From a plasmid, in the sequence record CP099787.1: 64,000 nt of DNA, one strand, 5' to 3'. The notes below the pieces were generated by a model. It was not told the DNA's origin. It worked only from the letters and a program-made list of their open reading frames with translations, and ran no database searches. Of this stretch, positions 40,661 through 51,977 are shown one piece after another. Position 1 is the stretch's first letter; each line of letters starts with the position of its first letter. Made by a program: the position numbers and the translations under genes.

Positions 40661-41418
40661 TGATTAGCTCCTTTTAAAAAGGTCAGATATCTCTTTGCGA
40701 TCTGACTCAGTTCAGCCGTTTCTTTTTTCTCCATTTGTTCTAAGGCATATTCAAGACTTATATCACCCGTAATTTTGCTATGATTTTCGGGTAATACACA
40801 GCCTTCTTCATCTAGATTTTCTTCTGCCCGTGGTTTTACTAAAACTATAGCCGGTACTGAATCAACCCGGTATTGTTTAAACGCGTTAGGGTTAATTTGA
40901 ATATTGGCTGATTTAACGCCTATCTGGGATATGGCTTTCGCCATTTCCATGTAGTTACCGTCTTTAAAACCTCTAAAGACAACTACGCCACCAGCCTTAG
41001 TAACATCTGTCACTAGTTTGTTTAAAGCATCTTTGGGCATAGATAAGCTTGCAAAAGCTAAAATACCATCAACATTTTTCTTATTTTCTGCTTTACGTTT
41101 ATATCTTGCTGCAATGTCATCAAGATTTATACCATTTGGTTTTTGAACATTAATATTTGGAAAGTTGTTAGGACGTGCCTCAACACTTTTTAAAATTTCA
41201 ATTTGCTTTCTTGCTTTTTCTTGAGCCATTTCCCAATCAGACTTTTTGAAAGTCTGATTTTTTACTTTATCCATTTCCTTTTTAATTTCTTGTTCGCTAG
41301 GAAAATCTGCACTGTGTACATTGCAAGACAACAAACAAATTGATGCTAGGATTAATTTTTTCATTCTAGTTACTCCTTTTAATACACATAGAACGGTGAA
41401 ATAGGGCCCAAACAGCAA
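40657..41418 (-). CDS. trbC: TrbC; start likely about 41364
   Basis: Signal peptide; position between traU and traN. Confidence 0.55.
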   Translation of the reverse strand: MLFGPYFTVLCVLKGVTRMKKLILASICLLSCNVHSADFPSEQEIKKEMDKVKNQTFKKSDWEMAQEKARKQIEILKSVEARPNNFPNINVQKPNGINLDDIAARYKRKAENKKNVDGILAFASLSMPKDALNKLVTDVTKAGGVVVFRGFKDGNYMEMAKAISQIGVKSANIQINPNAFKQYRVDSVPAIVLVKPRAEENLDEEGCVLPENHSKITGDISLEYALEQMEKKETAELSQIAKRYLTFLKGANQ

Positions 41419-42422
41419 TTTTTCTTTCTGAATAATTCATAGGAGAAATGTTCGCCAGTTACCGGCCATGATTTCCCGGCACCCCATACACTTGTCGTTC
41501 TGCCGAATGGCTGGCAGCATTTACCATTAATTTTTTTAGTTTGTGCCACTGGATAGAGCATCTGATATTTATATGCTGTTTTATCCATAATTGGTTGCGG
41601 ATAAACGCCACACAATCCAGCTTCTCCATTGGTTCCCCAAGTTAGGAACTGACGATGCATTTTTGCTGCTAATCGTTGTGCAATTAGTGATGAAGCTTGA
41701 ATATGACTAACATGTGCGCCAACGTTCCCATTTAATGGATAAATTGAACCATTACATCCAGCACACCAGAACAGACCATTTGAACCAAAACCTGCTGATG
41801 CTAATACGCAATCCCCTGCACATGCAGCTTGTGTAAGTGGGTTTGTGAATAAGGCTGCTTCTGGAGATAAAATTGCAGACAACTCATCATCATTCCACAT
41901 CGGATCCAACTCAGTCATATATCCGATATCAAAGTATCCAGTTTCAGTACATGGATGCTCATAGATCACTTCTAACCACATCATGATTGGATCTGTATAC
42001 CAGTGCGCTTGATAAAATGAGTGCCTATTGTTGTCATCATGCAAACGTACTTCACCTTCCGGTGCTTCTACACCTACGTCCAATTCAGTTCCTAATGAAA
42101 CCATACAATAAGGAGTACGAGTTACATCTACTCGTCTTACTGGCTCCCAAAAACCTGTTTGAATTCCTAGATAGATTCTTGGGATCGCACAACTACAGAA
42201 CAATTGCGATGGATTACTATTATCTTCTTGTCCACCTTTCCACAATGGCATTCCTCCCATGCTGATAGGAAAAATGCAAGACCAACAGATATCGCTAATT
42301 GGATTAGCAAATTCGCCTGGGCAACGTAAGCTTTTAGATCCATTATTATTTGATCCAGAGTCAGCGGCGAAGCTTAAATTAGTGAAAATTAAAAGGAATA
42401 AAATAGTAAAAAATTTCTTCAT
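41379..42422 (-). CDS. traU: TraU
   Basis: Cys-rich periplasmic protein of about 330 aa; gene order. Confidence 0.7.
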   Translation of the reverse strand: MKKFFTILFLLIFTNLSFAADSGSNNNGSKSLRCPGEFANPISDICWSCIFPISMGGMPLWKGGQEDNSNPSQLFCSCAIPRIYLGIQTGFWEPVRRVDVTRTPYCMVSLGTELDVGVEAPEGEVRLHDDNNRHSFYQAHWYTDPIMMWLEVIYEHPCTETGYFDIGYMTELDPMWNDDELSAILSPEAALFTNPLTQAACAGDCVLASAGFGSNGLFWCAGCNGSIYPLNGNVGAHVSHIQASSLIAQRLAAKMHRQFLTWGTNGEAGLCGVYPQPIMDKTAYKYQMLYPVAQTKKINGKCCQPFGRTTSVWGAGKSWPVTGEHFSYELFRKKNCCLGPISPFYVY

Positions 42423-43117
42423 TTCACTAACTCCTTAGCTGGGACTTCACTAATCTCAAGCATTTTTCCATTTTGTCTAACAATCGATGGTACAGATGTA
42501 ATTTGTAATCGCTTTGAGATATAACCGTACTGGTCAAAGTAGACTTGACGTTTCCAAGCTCTAGTCAAATCGAACCAAGAGCCATCTACTAAAATTGGAG
42601 TAATTCGATTTTTATACAATTCAGTTAATTTTTTTACCGCTTGTACTTGTTCTGGATCTGAGCCTTTAAAAAGAACTAGTGTTTTAGTCATGGTCACGGT
42701 ATCCAATGGATTTACACTTGTTCCTGCTCTAGCAACCACAACCCCTTCATCAGTTTTTATGTCATTAGATAAGTGCATGGTTGGGTCAAATAACCTGACC
42801 TTCTTTACTGTAACAGTAGAAATATTTTCAACTGGTTTTGGGTTTTTAGCAGAGTTCATGGCACGTGAAACAGCTTCTTGCTGTTTCCGCTTTAACTCAC
42901 CGGTTTTCTCAAGAGCCTTTAATTTCGTATAAATTTGCTCTAATGCATCCGGCTCTTGAATTTTATATACAGCTCCATTAACCCCTAAATCTTTGGAATT
43001 AGAGTTAAATGAAATCGCTAAAATTGGTAATAAAAAAAGATATTTAGAAAATTTCATAAGCTTTCCCCAAAATATATTGCTTGTTAATTGTTCCGACCTT
43101 TGCGTAACGACTATCAA
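42419..43117 (-). CDS. traW: TraW; start likely about 43057
   Basis: Signal peptide; gene order. Confidence 0.6.
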   Translation of the reverse strand: MIVVTQRSEQLTSNIFWGKLMKFSKYLFLLPILAISFNSNSKDLGVNGAVYKIQEPDALEQIYTKLKALEKTGELKRKQQEAVSRAMNSAKNPKPVENISTVTVKKVRLFDPTMHLSNDIKTDEGVVVARAGTSVNPLDTVTMTKTLVLFKGSDPEQVQAVKKLTELYKNRITPILVDGSWFDLTRAWKRQVYFDQYGYISKRLQITSVPSIVRQNGKMLEISEVPAKELVK

Positions 43118-43544
43118 GCGAGTCTTTATGAGGAGTGCTTACAAATATTTCATTTTTAGGAATTACTTGTGATGAGATAACTTCGAGCTGAAGCTTTCCA
43201 TCTGCACTTTGTTTTTTTGCTCTACCAATGTATTTATCATTTATAAAGACGTCTCGATCTTTAACAACGATACGATCACCTTCAACACCTGATACAATTT
43301 TTACAAAAATAACGTCTTTAGGATATTTGATCTGGCCTTGCCATAAAAAACCAACTAAATCACCCTTTTGTACAGGCTCACCTTTTTTAATTACATATAC
43401 TTTCCCACTCAAGCTTGTTGTGTGATTGACCGTATAGATAAACCATTTTTGGCATAACATTAGCCCTACACTGACAATCAACATCAAAACAAATGTCACT
43501 AGTAAGACGTTTACAACCTTAAACCTTTTAACTTCATTATTCAT
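43044..43544 (-). CDS. S26-family conjugative signal peptidase (TraF-type)
   Basis: N-terminal TM; DSRY motif. Confidence 0.5.
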   Translation of the reverse strand: MNNEVKRFKVVNVLLVTFVLMLIVSVGLMLCQKWFIYTVNHTTSLSGKVYVIKKGEPVQKGDLVGFLWQGQIKYPKDVIFVKIVSGVEGDRIVVKDRDVFINDKYIGRAKKQSADGKLQLEVISSQVIPKNEIFVSTPHKDSLDSRYAKVGTINKQYILGKAYEIF

Positions 43545-43591
43545 GAATACACCCTAAGCCGTCAGGCTCCTTAATCAAAAAATCTGTCTAA

Positions 43592-43987
43592 TTATTTTTG
43601 ATAGATTGTTTCTCTAACCTGTTGTGTGTAATCTTTTACACGATTAGTATCACTTAAAAGCGCTGCTTTATTAACCAAAATACATTTGCATTCATCACTG
43701 ATTTTTTGAACTGCACTATTAAGTTGCTTAGTAAATTTTTGATTTTCGATATCTGCTATTTTTGATTGTTGAGCTAAATCAACATTTGCTGAATCAAGAT
43801 TTTTAACGCCTTGATATAACAAGTCTGTTAGCTTTTTCTCATGTTCTTTTACCAGTGTCAGAATATCGATCGTAGCTATCTTTGGACGTTTCATATCATT
43901 GTAATAATCCATAGCTCCCGCAATAACTATTACGATGATTGTTAAAACTAAACCTTGAGTCATTTTTTGCATAGTTGAAAGTTTCAT
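43592..43987 (-). CDS. trbI: TrbI-like inner-membrane protein
   Basis: Size and position after traC. Confidence 0.45.
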   Translation of the reverse strand: MKLSTMQKMTQGLVLTIIVIVIAGAMDYYNDMKRPKIATIDILTLVKEHEKKLTDLLYQGVKNLDSANVDLAQQSKIADIENQKFTKQLNSAVQKISDECKCILVNKAALLSDTNRVKDYTQQVRETIYQK

Positions 43988-46710
43988 ACTTCTTCAGCCT
44001 CTTTTTTACGCATTAAAGCGTATGTTGCTTCTGTCATACTCATGCCTTTATTCGTGCATTCTTCAATGAAGTTGTAGTCGTCTTTGTTTGTTGATGCCAT
44101 AGCTAAAGAAAACGGATCCGCAACATGTCTTACGATGTGCTGACCGTTTGGTGAAGTAACCATAATTTCTGAATACCAACCGTGGATACTTTCAATTGAC
44201 TTAATTTGTTTAATGACAGCTTCAGAAAAGTTCGCTTTTTTCTCTTGAAGTAACTTTTCAAAGCTTTGTTCATCTTGGCGTAAGAAGAATTTCCAGTCTG
44301 AAGAATTATATGCAGCTCTAGCAGCATCATTCGCAAATGCGTCATCAATACCTTGAGTACCCATGCCAAATGAACCAAAGTATTTACGTGCTCTACGATA
44401 ACCTTCTTCAATAAAAGCTGCTGTTTCTTCTGTATCATCAAGTAGTTGCCATGCTTCATCTACAAACACGATTTTCCCTTGAGATCGCGATAAATACATA
44501 TCTCGCATGATTCGGTTCATAACACCGAAAAGCACAACCGTTTTTAATTCAGGTGAGTCTTTTAGTTCTTCCAGTTCGAGATATATCATCTCGTTATTCA
44601 TATCGATGTTGGCTTTACCATTAAAGTAACTTCCATACATCCCGTTTGTTTTGAAATTTTCTAACTGAGTACCAAGAGCCCAACCTCGTGCATCAATATT
44701 TCCGTTTTGATCTCTAATTTCTTTCAAGAAGTCAGAGATTTGGTCTACGCCATTGTTATTGCGGAATTTTAACCATGTCTCTCTAATAGCTCTTGAAAGG
44801 AGAGCTTTATCGTAATCGTCTAATGGTTTGGATGGTGAAGCCATTTTTGCATACATAGGCAAGAGCATTTTCATCTCTTGGGCAAATGTATTTAAGGTTC
44901 CTTCTTTTTCCGAAAGTTCCTCATCTTCAATTACCTCTAGCCATGTGAAAGGATTCATACAAATCTTTTCGCGCTTTGCGAAATCAATTGCTTGTCCTTT
45001 ACCGAGCGCTACGAAGTTTTTAAATGAGCGTCCTACGTCAATAATATATATTTTGAAGCCCAAGCTTTTGTAAGCTGCCAAAATTTCAAGAGAGAAAACA
45101 GATTTACCAGCGCCTGACGTACCACAAATATAAAAATTATAGTTCCCCTGTTTATTTGAAAATAAATCAAAAAAACAAGGTGTTCCTCTGCGGCCAAATA
45201 CCATAATTACCGGTTTACCGAAACCTTGCCATTCTGACAAAATTGGCATCATATCTACGGCATTAATAGTTGTTTTAGTCGTAATCAGCTTTAATTTCTT
45301 CAAATCATCTCTTGCCTTTTTTGTCAAAATCATAGGCATTGATGAATAAAGAAGTGGCAGTTGTAAGCAAGATAACGGCATTACGCTAAAGCCGTTTGAC
45401 TTCCATAAATTGTCAACGTTTGCAGAATAACTATCTAGTTGTGATCTTGGAGCGAATATCCCGATTGTATGATAGAGCTCGCACATCCCTCCACCTTTAT
45501 GTAGGTGATATGTGATCGCATTCCAATCTCTAGCAATTTCAGCATACTCAGGCTGCCATTTTGCCATTTTACTTTCAGCATTCTGTGTTGAACGAGCTTG
45601 CTTTATTCTTGCTTTGGTTTCAGAAGATGTTTTATCTAAGATATGAATACCCATCGAAATTATGTAAGGGCATGGATACTGAAGGGAATTTTCAAAAAAA
45701 TCGCCAATTACATTTCCCATTTCATAAAGATGTTTGAATTTTGGATACCTCATAACTCCAAAACCACGAAATGCAATTCGATTGTCTTCTTCTAGATCTT
45801 CATCGTCATCTTCTTCAATCCATTCAGAATCATAGACTCTTACTGATCTATTAGTTCCCTTAGTTTTATCAATTATAGGTTGACCAAATACTATTTCAGA
45901 CACACCAACTGTTGCTGAATGACCACGTGGTGTTAACTGACTTTTTATTGATTCTAGACGATTATAATCTTCACTGTAGTATGAGCGAGAAACTTGGAAT
46001 TCATGTTCTGGTGGAACGGTTCTAAATAAACTCTCAGGGTCAAGCATTGGCTTAATTATTTTAAGCAGTAACATTGGTGTTAAAACAATATTAGGTAATT
46101 TAGCTTGTTGTAGTTGAGCACTTGTCTGATGCAACAACTCTTCCATTTGCTTAATTAGTTGTGGGTCTTTATAACTACCCGAACGTGTAACTGATAGAAT
46201 AATTTTTGGTTTTTTAATAACGTAATATGAGTCTCTTCCGAACTGTGGCCGTCCTTTACGAGACTGGATATGTTTGATTCGATTCTTTGCAAATTCTATT
46301 GCGAAATCAGACACTTTACCATTCTGATATTCCGCAACACGTAAATCCAAGTACTCTTGAAGATCATCTTCAAAAATTGTATTACCGAAGTTTAATATCT
46401 GAATACCTGTTTCCGCAGGGAAACTTGAAATAATAGATACTATGCGAGAAACGAAGTCCTCATTTGATCCTGTCTGCGGTATGATTTCTAGAGCAAAGCT
46501 TACGGAAGGGCCATCATTATAATAAAGACTTCTTTTCACATTAAACATGTTGTATTTAAATATCTGATACATGCCGTAGCTTTCAAGAATCTTATTCGTT
46601 AAATCTACAGTTGAGAATTTTTTACCTGTCGGATCATCACCTAATACGTGGACCTTAAACCAGTTTGCGAGCATGGCTCTAAAATTGATTAGTTTGTTAT
46701 TTCCAGTCAT
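43984..46710 (-). CDS. traC: TraC/VirB4 ATPase
   Basis: Walker A GTSGAGKS; 908 aa. Confidence 0.85.
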   Translation of the reverse strand: MTGNNKLINFRAMLANWFKVHVLGDDPTGKKFSTVDLTNKILESYGMYQIFKYNMFNVKRSLYYNDGPSVSFALEIIPQTGSNEDFVSRIVSIISSFPAETGIQILNFGNTIFEDDLQEYLDLRVAEYQNGKVSDFAIEFAKNRIKHIQSRKGRPQFGRDSYYVIKKPKIILSVTRSGSYKDPQLIKQMEELLHQTSAQLQQAKLPNIVLTPMLLLKIIKPMLDPESLFRTVPPEHEFQVSRSYYSEDYNRLESIKSQLTPRGHSATVGVSEIVFGQPIIDKTKGTNRSVRVYDSEWIEEDDDEDLEEDNRIAFRGFGVMRYPKFKHLYEMGNVIGDFFENSLQYPCPYIISMGIHILDKTSSETKARIKQARSTQNAESKMAKWQPEYAEIARDWNAITYHLHKGGGMCELYHTIGIFAPRSQLDSYSANVDNLWKSNGFSVMPLSCLQLPLLYSSMPMILTKKARDDLKKLKLITTKTTINAVDMMPILSEWQGFGKPVIMVFGRRGTPCFFDLFSNKQGNYNFYICGTSGAGKSVFSLEILAAYKSLGFKIYIIDVGRSFKNFVALGKGQAIDFAKREKICMNPFTWLEVIEDEELSEKEGTLNTFAQEMKMLLPMYAKMASPSKPLDDYDKALLSRAIRETWLKFRNNNGVDQISDFLKEIRDQNGNIDARGWALGTQLENFKTNGMYGSYFNGKANIDMNNEMIYLELEELKDSPELKTVVLFGVMNRIMRDMYLSRSQGKIVFVDEAWQLLDDTEETAAFIEEGYRRARKYFGSFGMGTQGIDDAFANDAARAAYNSSDWKFFLRQDEQSFEKLLQEKKANFSEAVIKQIKSIESIHGWYSEIMVTSPNGQHIVRHVADPFSLAMASTNKDDYNFIEECTNKGMSMTEATYALMRKKEAEEV

Positions 46711-46719
46711 AAGTTAATC

Positions 46720-47364
46720 TCACTGTCTAGTAAACTTAGAGATATCGACATTCAAGTCTTTTATTTCAGTATTTATTCCATTCAAAATTTCTTTACTATT
46801 TGGCTGGCTATTAACTGAAGCATTTACTGGTATAGGACCATCTGAACCTGTTTTAGTAGATTGCGGATCCGCAACTGTAATGGCTGGACTTGAATAGTTT
46901 GAAATTGGGGCTCCAATTGGTGCGTATGCATCTTGTAGACGTCGAGAATTGTGTTCAATCATCCACTTCCAATTGTCGATTACTAGATAGAAATATTGTT
47001 GATCGAATAAAGTTCTATCCGAAGATTCCCACGGAGCTACCCAAATTCTGAGAGTTTTCGGTTGGCGTAGTAATGGTTCATCTGCGTATGGAGCTACTGG
47101 CATTGCATTATCTTTAGTCGCACGTGTACGCTGCATATATGTATTTGCAATTACTTCTTTACTATTGCCATGTTTAACCTGCTGTGACGGCAAATTGTTT
47201 GCATTCAAATTCGCCATTACACCTGACATTGAGTCACACAAAATTCCATCTGGCGCTTTGCATGAAAATGAGCTTTGACCATTTAAACCGTCGAACCCTC
47301 CGTTAAATGCTGCACATCCACTTAGATTGATTGCCAAGCAAAGTAAAATACCTTTTCTTTTCAT
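46720..47364 (-). CDS. traV: TraV-like lipoprotein
   Basis: Lipobox LSGC plus conserved Cys pair; directly upstream of traC. Confidence 0.5.
   Translation of the reverse strand: MKRKGILLCLAINLSGCAAFNGGFDGLNGQSSFSCKAPDGILCDSMSGVMANLNANNLPSQQVKHGNSKEVIANTYMQRTRATKDNAMPVAPYADEPLLRQPKTLRIWVAPWESSDRTLFDQQYFYLVIDNWKWMIEHNSRRLQDAYAPIGAPISNYSSPAITVADPQSTKTGSDGPIPVNASVNSQPNSKEILNGINTEIKDLNVDISKFTRQ
46860..46875. repeat. Near-palindrome ATTGCGGATCCGCAAC inside CDS (VADPQS)
   Basis: Seen in sequence. Confidence 0.8.
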
Positions 47365-47652
47365 TTATAAATTCTCCAATGCTGTATGTGAATCAACGGC
47401 TTTTTCATTTTGGAAAGCCAAAATTGATTCATTGAATTTAGTTTCTTCATTCGGCTTCTTAGTTGTCTTAACAGGTGGACGAAGATGTACCTCAAGCTTA
47501 GAAATTACTTGATTAACATTTTTTGAGTTATTGACTGTTAAACACTTTTCTTGATAAGGGCTCGTTGCTAGAGCACTGCATCCTGAAAGTAAAAGAATGA
47601 ATGGACAAATAATTAAATATTTCATTGACTCTCCTGAAGCCGTGAGGCTCAC
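47365..47652 (-). CDS. small lipoprotein
   Basis: Lipobox LLSGC; UTR hairpin upstream. Confidence 0.45.
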   Translation of the reverse strand: MSLTASGESMKYLIICPFILLLSGCSALATSPYQEKCLTVNNSKNVNQVISKLEVHLRPPVKTTKKPNEETKFNESILAFQNEKAVDSHTALENL

Positions 47653-47667
47653 TATCTTTAGCTATCT

Positions 47668-48399
47668 TTATTTTGATTTCTGAGATGAATTGAGAAGTCG
47701 TTCTAGTTCAGAAACACCCACTGCTCCAGGCACCATTGAACCGTCTTCAAATATTAATGAAGGTGTACCTTGAATATTCATACTTGATGCAAATTCAATA
47801 TTACGATCTATTGGGTGAGCGCAATTTTTGGATGAAGGCTTAATATTTTCAATCATGTAATCTTGAAATGCTTTACCAGGATTCTTAGAACACCAAATTG
47901 ATACTGCTGTTGTTTTAGCAGTTGGGTGAATACTCTCTAACGGATAAAGGAATGTATAAATCGTTACATTATCAATCGATTGCAAATTACGTTCTAATTG
48001 TTGGCAATATGGGCAATCAGGATCGCTAAATACTACGAGCTTTCTTTTCCCATTGCCTTTAACTGTTTTAATTGCATCTTTTAAACGATCAGCATTCGGG
48101 AAACCAACTTCAACTTTGTTTGAACTTGTTGGAGTCGTTGTTAAATCTGTTTGTGTTTTCATATCAAACAAATTTCCAAAAATGAAGTATCTACCATCTT
48201 TATCGGTATATGCCACATTTCTACCCATTACGACTTCATATATGCCGGTTAAAGGAGTTTTATTCACTTGAGTAACAGTAGTTGCCGGATAGTTTTTTTG
48301 GATATTAGACTTAATATCTTCTGCTACATCTGCATATGCTATTGAATAGGAACTAATTGCTACGGCAAAAGTTAATAAAAATTTTTTCATATTAGTCAT
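47668..48399 (-). CDS. DsbC-like thiol:disulfide interchange protein (TrbB-like)
   Basis: CPYC; signal peptide. Confidence 0.6.
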   Translation of the reverse strand: MTNMKKFLLTFAVAISSYSIAYADVAEDIKSNIQKNYPATTVTQVNKTPLTGIYEVVMGRNVAYTDKDGRYFIFGNLFDMKTQTDLTTTPTSSNKVEVGFPNADRLKDAIKTVKGNGKRKLVVFSDPDCPYCQQLERNLQSIDNVTIYTFLYPLESIHPTAKTTAVSIWCSKNPGKAFQDYMIENIKPSSKNCAHPIDRNIEFASSMNIQGTPSLIFEDGSMVPGAVGVSELERLLNSSQKSK

Positions 48400-48440
48400 C
48401 CATTAAAATGCGTTTTTGTTGATTCATTGGAGTTGCACTT

Positions 48441-49710
48441 TTAGTTATTAAAACATTGATTCGCTACTGTGCCACCTTGTTGAACAACAATCTCTAAAGT
48501 TCGCCCTGCACTAACTTCAATAACAGGAAATAAGTCATTTGCCCGTTGCATATAGAAATCAGAAAGTTTTTCTGCTCCACCTGAAATCGCACCACCTACT
48601 GCGGCTTGCTTCAGTTCACTTCCTGAAATCGTTCTAACAGTACCTAGCGCCGATTGGCTTGCTGTACCAACTGTACTACCGTACAGTCCACCTATAGCCT
48701 CCATTGCGGATGCTAATGCAGCTTTAGCAAGAATTTGACCTTGTTTACTTACTACACGGCCACGAATACCAGTTTTGCCGTCTTCTCCAACGACTTGACC
48801 TTTAATTTGAATTGGTACTGTTTGACCATTAATAATGCAGTTACCACTTTGAATTGTTGCTTTAACACGTTCACTCGATAATTCACCCCAAGCGGCTCCT
48901 ACAAAACGACATCCTTTGATGTTCATTTTATAATTATTTGGCATATCGAATTTCCCAACTGTTTGGAATACAACTGGAATTGGGTCCGACTGTGCTTGTC
49001 CACCAGTTGGTGCATCTACGCCATTAATCATTACGACACGAACAAAACTCCCATCCGGGATAAATGTTGTTTTCTCAGGTCGTTGGCTTTTAACTGAAGT
49101 AGATGTTGTATTTCCTTGTTCATCAATTGACTTATTCATGTCAATAATGCCAAAGGTTTTAACTGGAGCTATATTATTTGGTAAAGGTATTCGCTCGCCT
49201 GTCTGAGGATCGATACCAGTTCCATTTGGATCTGATAGAATACTTTGTCCATGCAATCCTTGTTTATTTGGATAAGCTGAAGATGTACCAGCTATTCCCC
49301 CAAGATTTGGTGGATTTGTATTTGTTGGTTGTGCTACCACTCTTGATTCGGAACGATTAGCAATTTGACTAATACGCTCGTTCATTATTGATAGTTCTGA
49401 CTTTAACGCATCATTTTGAGCAACTTGAGAGTTAACGGTTTGAGTTAAATCATCGAATTTGCTTTTTTTGAGCTTCTTGATCAATTGCGGCCGTTTGTCT
49501 CCATTTATCTTGCTCTTCAGCATCACCCGGTTTTTCCACATTTACCGCATTTTCAGGTGCTTGAGTTTTATTCGTTTCTTCTGGTGGACTTCCAGAAAAC
49601 AAGAAAATAGCAACAATAATGAATAATATTGTGCCTAATATGGCCAACCATTTAATTTGTTTTTTCTTGAGTTTGTCATTAGGATTTTCTAAATCGATAT
49701 CGTTACTCAT
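48441..49710 (-). CDS. traB: TraB/VirB10-like, split into two overlapping ORFs (49450-49710 and 48441-49541)
   Basis: N-terminal TM plus Pro-rich region, then VirB10-like C-terminus; T7 run at about 49466. Confidence 0.65.
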
Positions 49711-49719
49711 TTATATCTC

Positions 49720-50442
49720 CTAATTATTTTCTCTAACAACATAAACAAATGTCGATCTGCCAGGGCTTAGTGTTAAATTTTGAATAGAAACAGCACTTAC
49801 ACCTTTTCTATAAAATTCCTGCTCTAACAAATTCATTGTTTTATTTGTTAAATTAGTTAGTTGATACATTTCGCCATACATACCGTCGGTATCGTAACGA
49901 CGCAACAAAACAAATTTAGACTCTTTCCACAAAGGGATTTCTGCTTTTACGAACGAACGGGATATCCCGTCTACGGCAAGTGTCTCTTGAGGATTTTCGG
50001 CATCATCTCCCATGACATACATCAATTCTTTTATTTGCTGTAAATAGGATTGAGATCGTTTGCTTGTGCCCGCACCTGGTTTTGGCGGAACTAATACAAC
50101 CTCTTCGGCCCCAACGCTACGTGGCTGCAATACAAGCTTGTAACGGGTTCCTTCATCATCAGTAACAAATAGAGTTATAGGTGTATTCTGGAAATATGGA
50201 GATATTTTAAAATAGAGAGTCCCTTGCTCTTTATCTGGCAAGGTATCCAAAGCTGTTACATCTGATGGCACTAAATTAACAATTCGTCTTCCATCAACAA
50301 CAAGCACATTTGGCTCTGTATTCGACACAGTTACTTGAACAGTTTCTTGATCAGCTTTAGTAATATGTTGAGCCGCAAATGTAGATGTAGTCAGGAAGAT
50401 AGAAGATATAAACAATGCAATTTTACTGAGTTGCAATTTCAT
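49720..50442 (-). CDS. traK: TraK
   Basis: Signal peptide; gene order. Confidence 0.6.
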   Translation of the reverse strand: MKLQLSKIALFISSIFLTTSTFAAQHITKADQETVQVTVSNTEPNVLVVDGRRIVNLVPSDVTALDTLPDKEQGTLYFKISPYFQNTPITLFVTDDEGTRYKLVLQPRSVGAEEVVLVPPKPGAGTSKRSQSYLQQIKELMYVMGDDAENPQETLAVDGISRSFVKAEIPLWKESKFVLLRRYDTDGMYGEMYQLTNLTNKTMNLLEQEFYRKGVSAVSIQNLTLSPGRSTFVYVVRENN

Positions 50443-51001
50443 CTTTCACCTCATTTAATGAATAAAGACATATCGTTCCCTTACTCATCACAAATTTAGT
50501 TTGAATCTTTTGTGATTTTTCAGAGACTAAACGATCTGCCAAATAGGTTTTCCTTGTTCCTTCAATGGTTACGGCCTTATCTGCTTCTTGAAAAGTGAAA
50601 GCACCTGAAGATGACCACACACTGGTAAGGCCCTCACGTTTAATTTGTGCTTCAGATTGACTTAAATATTTTTGAATTTGTGGGAAGGATGGTTCACATG
50701 TAATGCCTAGAATTTTTTCAAAGTTCTTGGATACATTTATTGGTGTAACATTGAATAGATAATTAATTACATAGTTTGAAAAATCTAAATAATATTCTTT
50801 ATTTGCCGAAGTACTTCCTAAGATATACGTTGGGCCTGAATTATCCGAAGGTTTAATTATTGTTTTGCCACTCAGTGCAAGTACAATATTTGCAATTATT
50901 GATAAAGTAAGTAAGCCTATTAAAGAAAAGATCACATAAGTCTGTGATCTATTTCTTAAATTAAGGCTTTCATTTGATGCTATTCCAACTTCTGAATCCA
51001 T
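50423..51001 (-). CDS. traE: TraE
   Basis: N-terminal TM; gene order. Confidence 0.6.
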   Translation of the reverse strand: MDSEVGIASNESLNLRNRSQTYVIFSLIGLLTLSIIANIVLALSGKTIIKPSDNSGPTYILGSTSANKEYYLDFSNYVINYLFNVTPINVSKNFEKILGITCEPSFPQIQKYLSQSEAQIKREGLTSVWSSSGAFTFQEADKAVTIEGTRKTYLADRLVSEKSQKIQTKFVMSKGTICLYSLNEVKDEIATQ

Positions 51002-51005
51002 AATG

Positions 51006-51305
51006 TCATCCGAAAAAGTGGCGATTGTTTGATTCAGGCAACTCCTTTAATTTCGGTGAGTTAGCCACCCAGTAAGTTAGGTGGAGCATATAATCAGGAT
51101 GTAGACCTGCTTTAGCTTTATTGAAGTAATAAGCTATTGCGAATCCCACAAAGAATCCCAAGAAGGGATGACCAAAAACAAAACCCAGAATGAAGATCAG
51201 AAATGAAGCTAAAGCAACATCTTGATCAAACATTAAGAACTTTGATTTAGCATCGATGTACGTTGGAACATAATGAGAAAGTTCTACACCTGAAGACATA
51301 CCCAC
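51006..51305 (-). CDS. traL: TraL
   Basis: Small membrane protein; gene order. Confidence 0.55.
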   Translation of the reverse strand: MGMSSGVELSHYVPTYIDAKSKFLMFDQDVALASFLIFILGFVFGHPFLGFFVGFAIAYYFNKAKAGLHPDYMLHLTYWVANSPKLKELPESNNRHFFG

Positions 51306-51320
51306 CCCACTAAAAAGTTA

Positions 51321-51674
51321 TTAGATAACGGCTGTAAACGAACCTGTTACTAACGACACAATAATTCCAACTACAACGGCAGCAACTGCTGGAATTACAA
51401 TAACGCGAAGATCACGAGTCCAAGCGAATGCACCAATTGCGAATAATAAACTCGCAAGAATTGCTAATTTCCCGTATGGGCCTTTAATCCAGCCTTCCAC
51501 TGTTGTCGCCCAAGTGTTAAATGTAGAACCAACACCTGTACCAGTACCTGCGGTTGATAAAGTCATCCAAATAAGCATTGCTGTGACAACCATCAAGGCG
51601 ATTGTTACTGGACGTTTTAGTTTTTTGATATCAAAGTAAATTTGATGTGTTTGAGCTGGAACAACTAATTCCAT
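51321..51674 (-). CDS. traA: TraA propilin
   Basis: Long leader plus two hydrophobic helices; about 117 aa. Confidence 0.65.
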   Translation of the reverse strand: MELVVPAQTHQIYFDIKKLKRPVTIALMVVTAMLIWMTLSTAGTGTGVGSTFNTWATTVEGWIKGPYGKLAILASLLFAIGAFAWTRDLRVIVIPAVAAVVVGIIVSLVTGSFTAVI

Positions 51675-51724
51675 ATTTTTATTCCTCTTAAGGTTTTAGG
51701 TTTTGCCCCCTTAAATGGGGTTAT

Positions 51725-51961
51725 TTATTTGGCTACTGCCAAATGCTTTTCACTGCGCTCTTGTTGAACGCAACTTTTATTTTCTGGATCACATAGAACA
51801 AATTTTGATTCTCTGCCTTCACCCTTTTGAAGAACATTCACATATCGGGTGATAGGGTTAGGTTCATTCATACTCTGCTGTTTTGTTTCATTTTTTTGTT
51901 CTTTTGCTACTGCTAAGGTTGCGGATCCGCAACATAGTAGAAGCAAAAAAAATCTATTCAT
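51725..51961 (-). CDS. small secreted protein; perfect palindrome encodes part of its signal peptide (CCGSATLA)
   Basis: Signal peptide; palindrome at 51918-51933. Confidence 0.4.
   Translation of the reverse strand: MNRFFLLLLCCGSATLAVAKEQKNETKQQSMNEPNPITRYVNVLQKGEGRESKFVLCDPENKSCVQQERSEKHLAVAK
51918..51933. repeat. 16-bp perfect palindrome
   Basis: Seen in sequence. Confidence 0.9.
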
Positions 51962-51977
51962 TTCATACTCCGTGTGG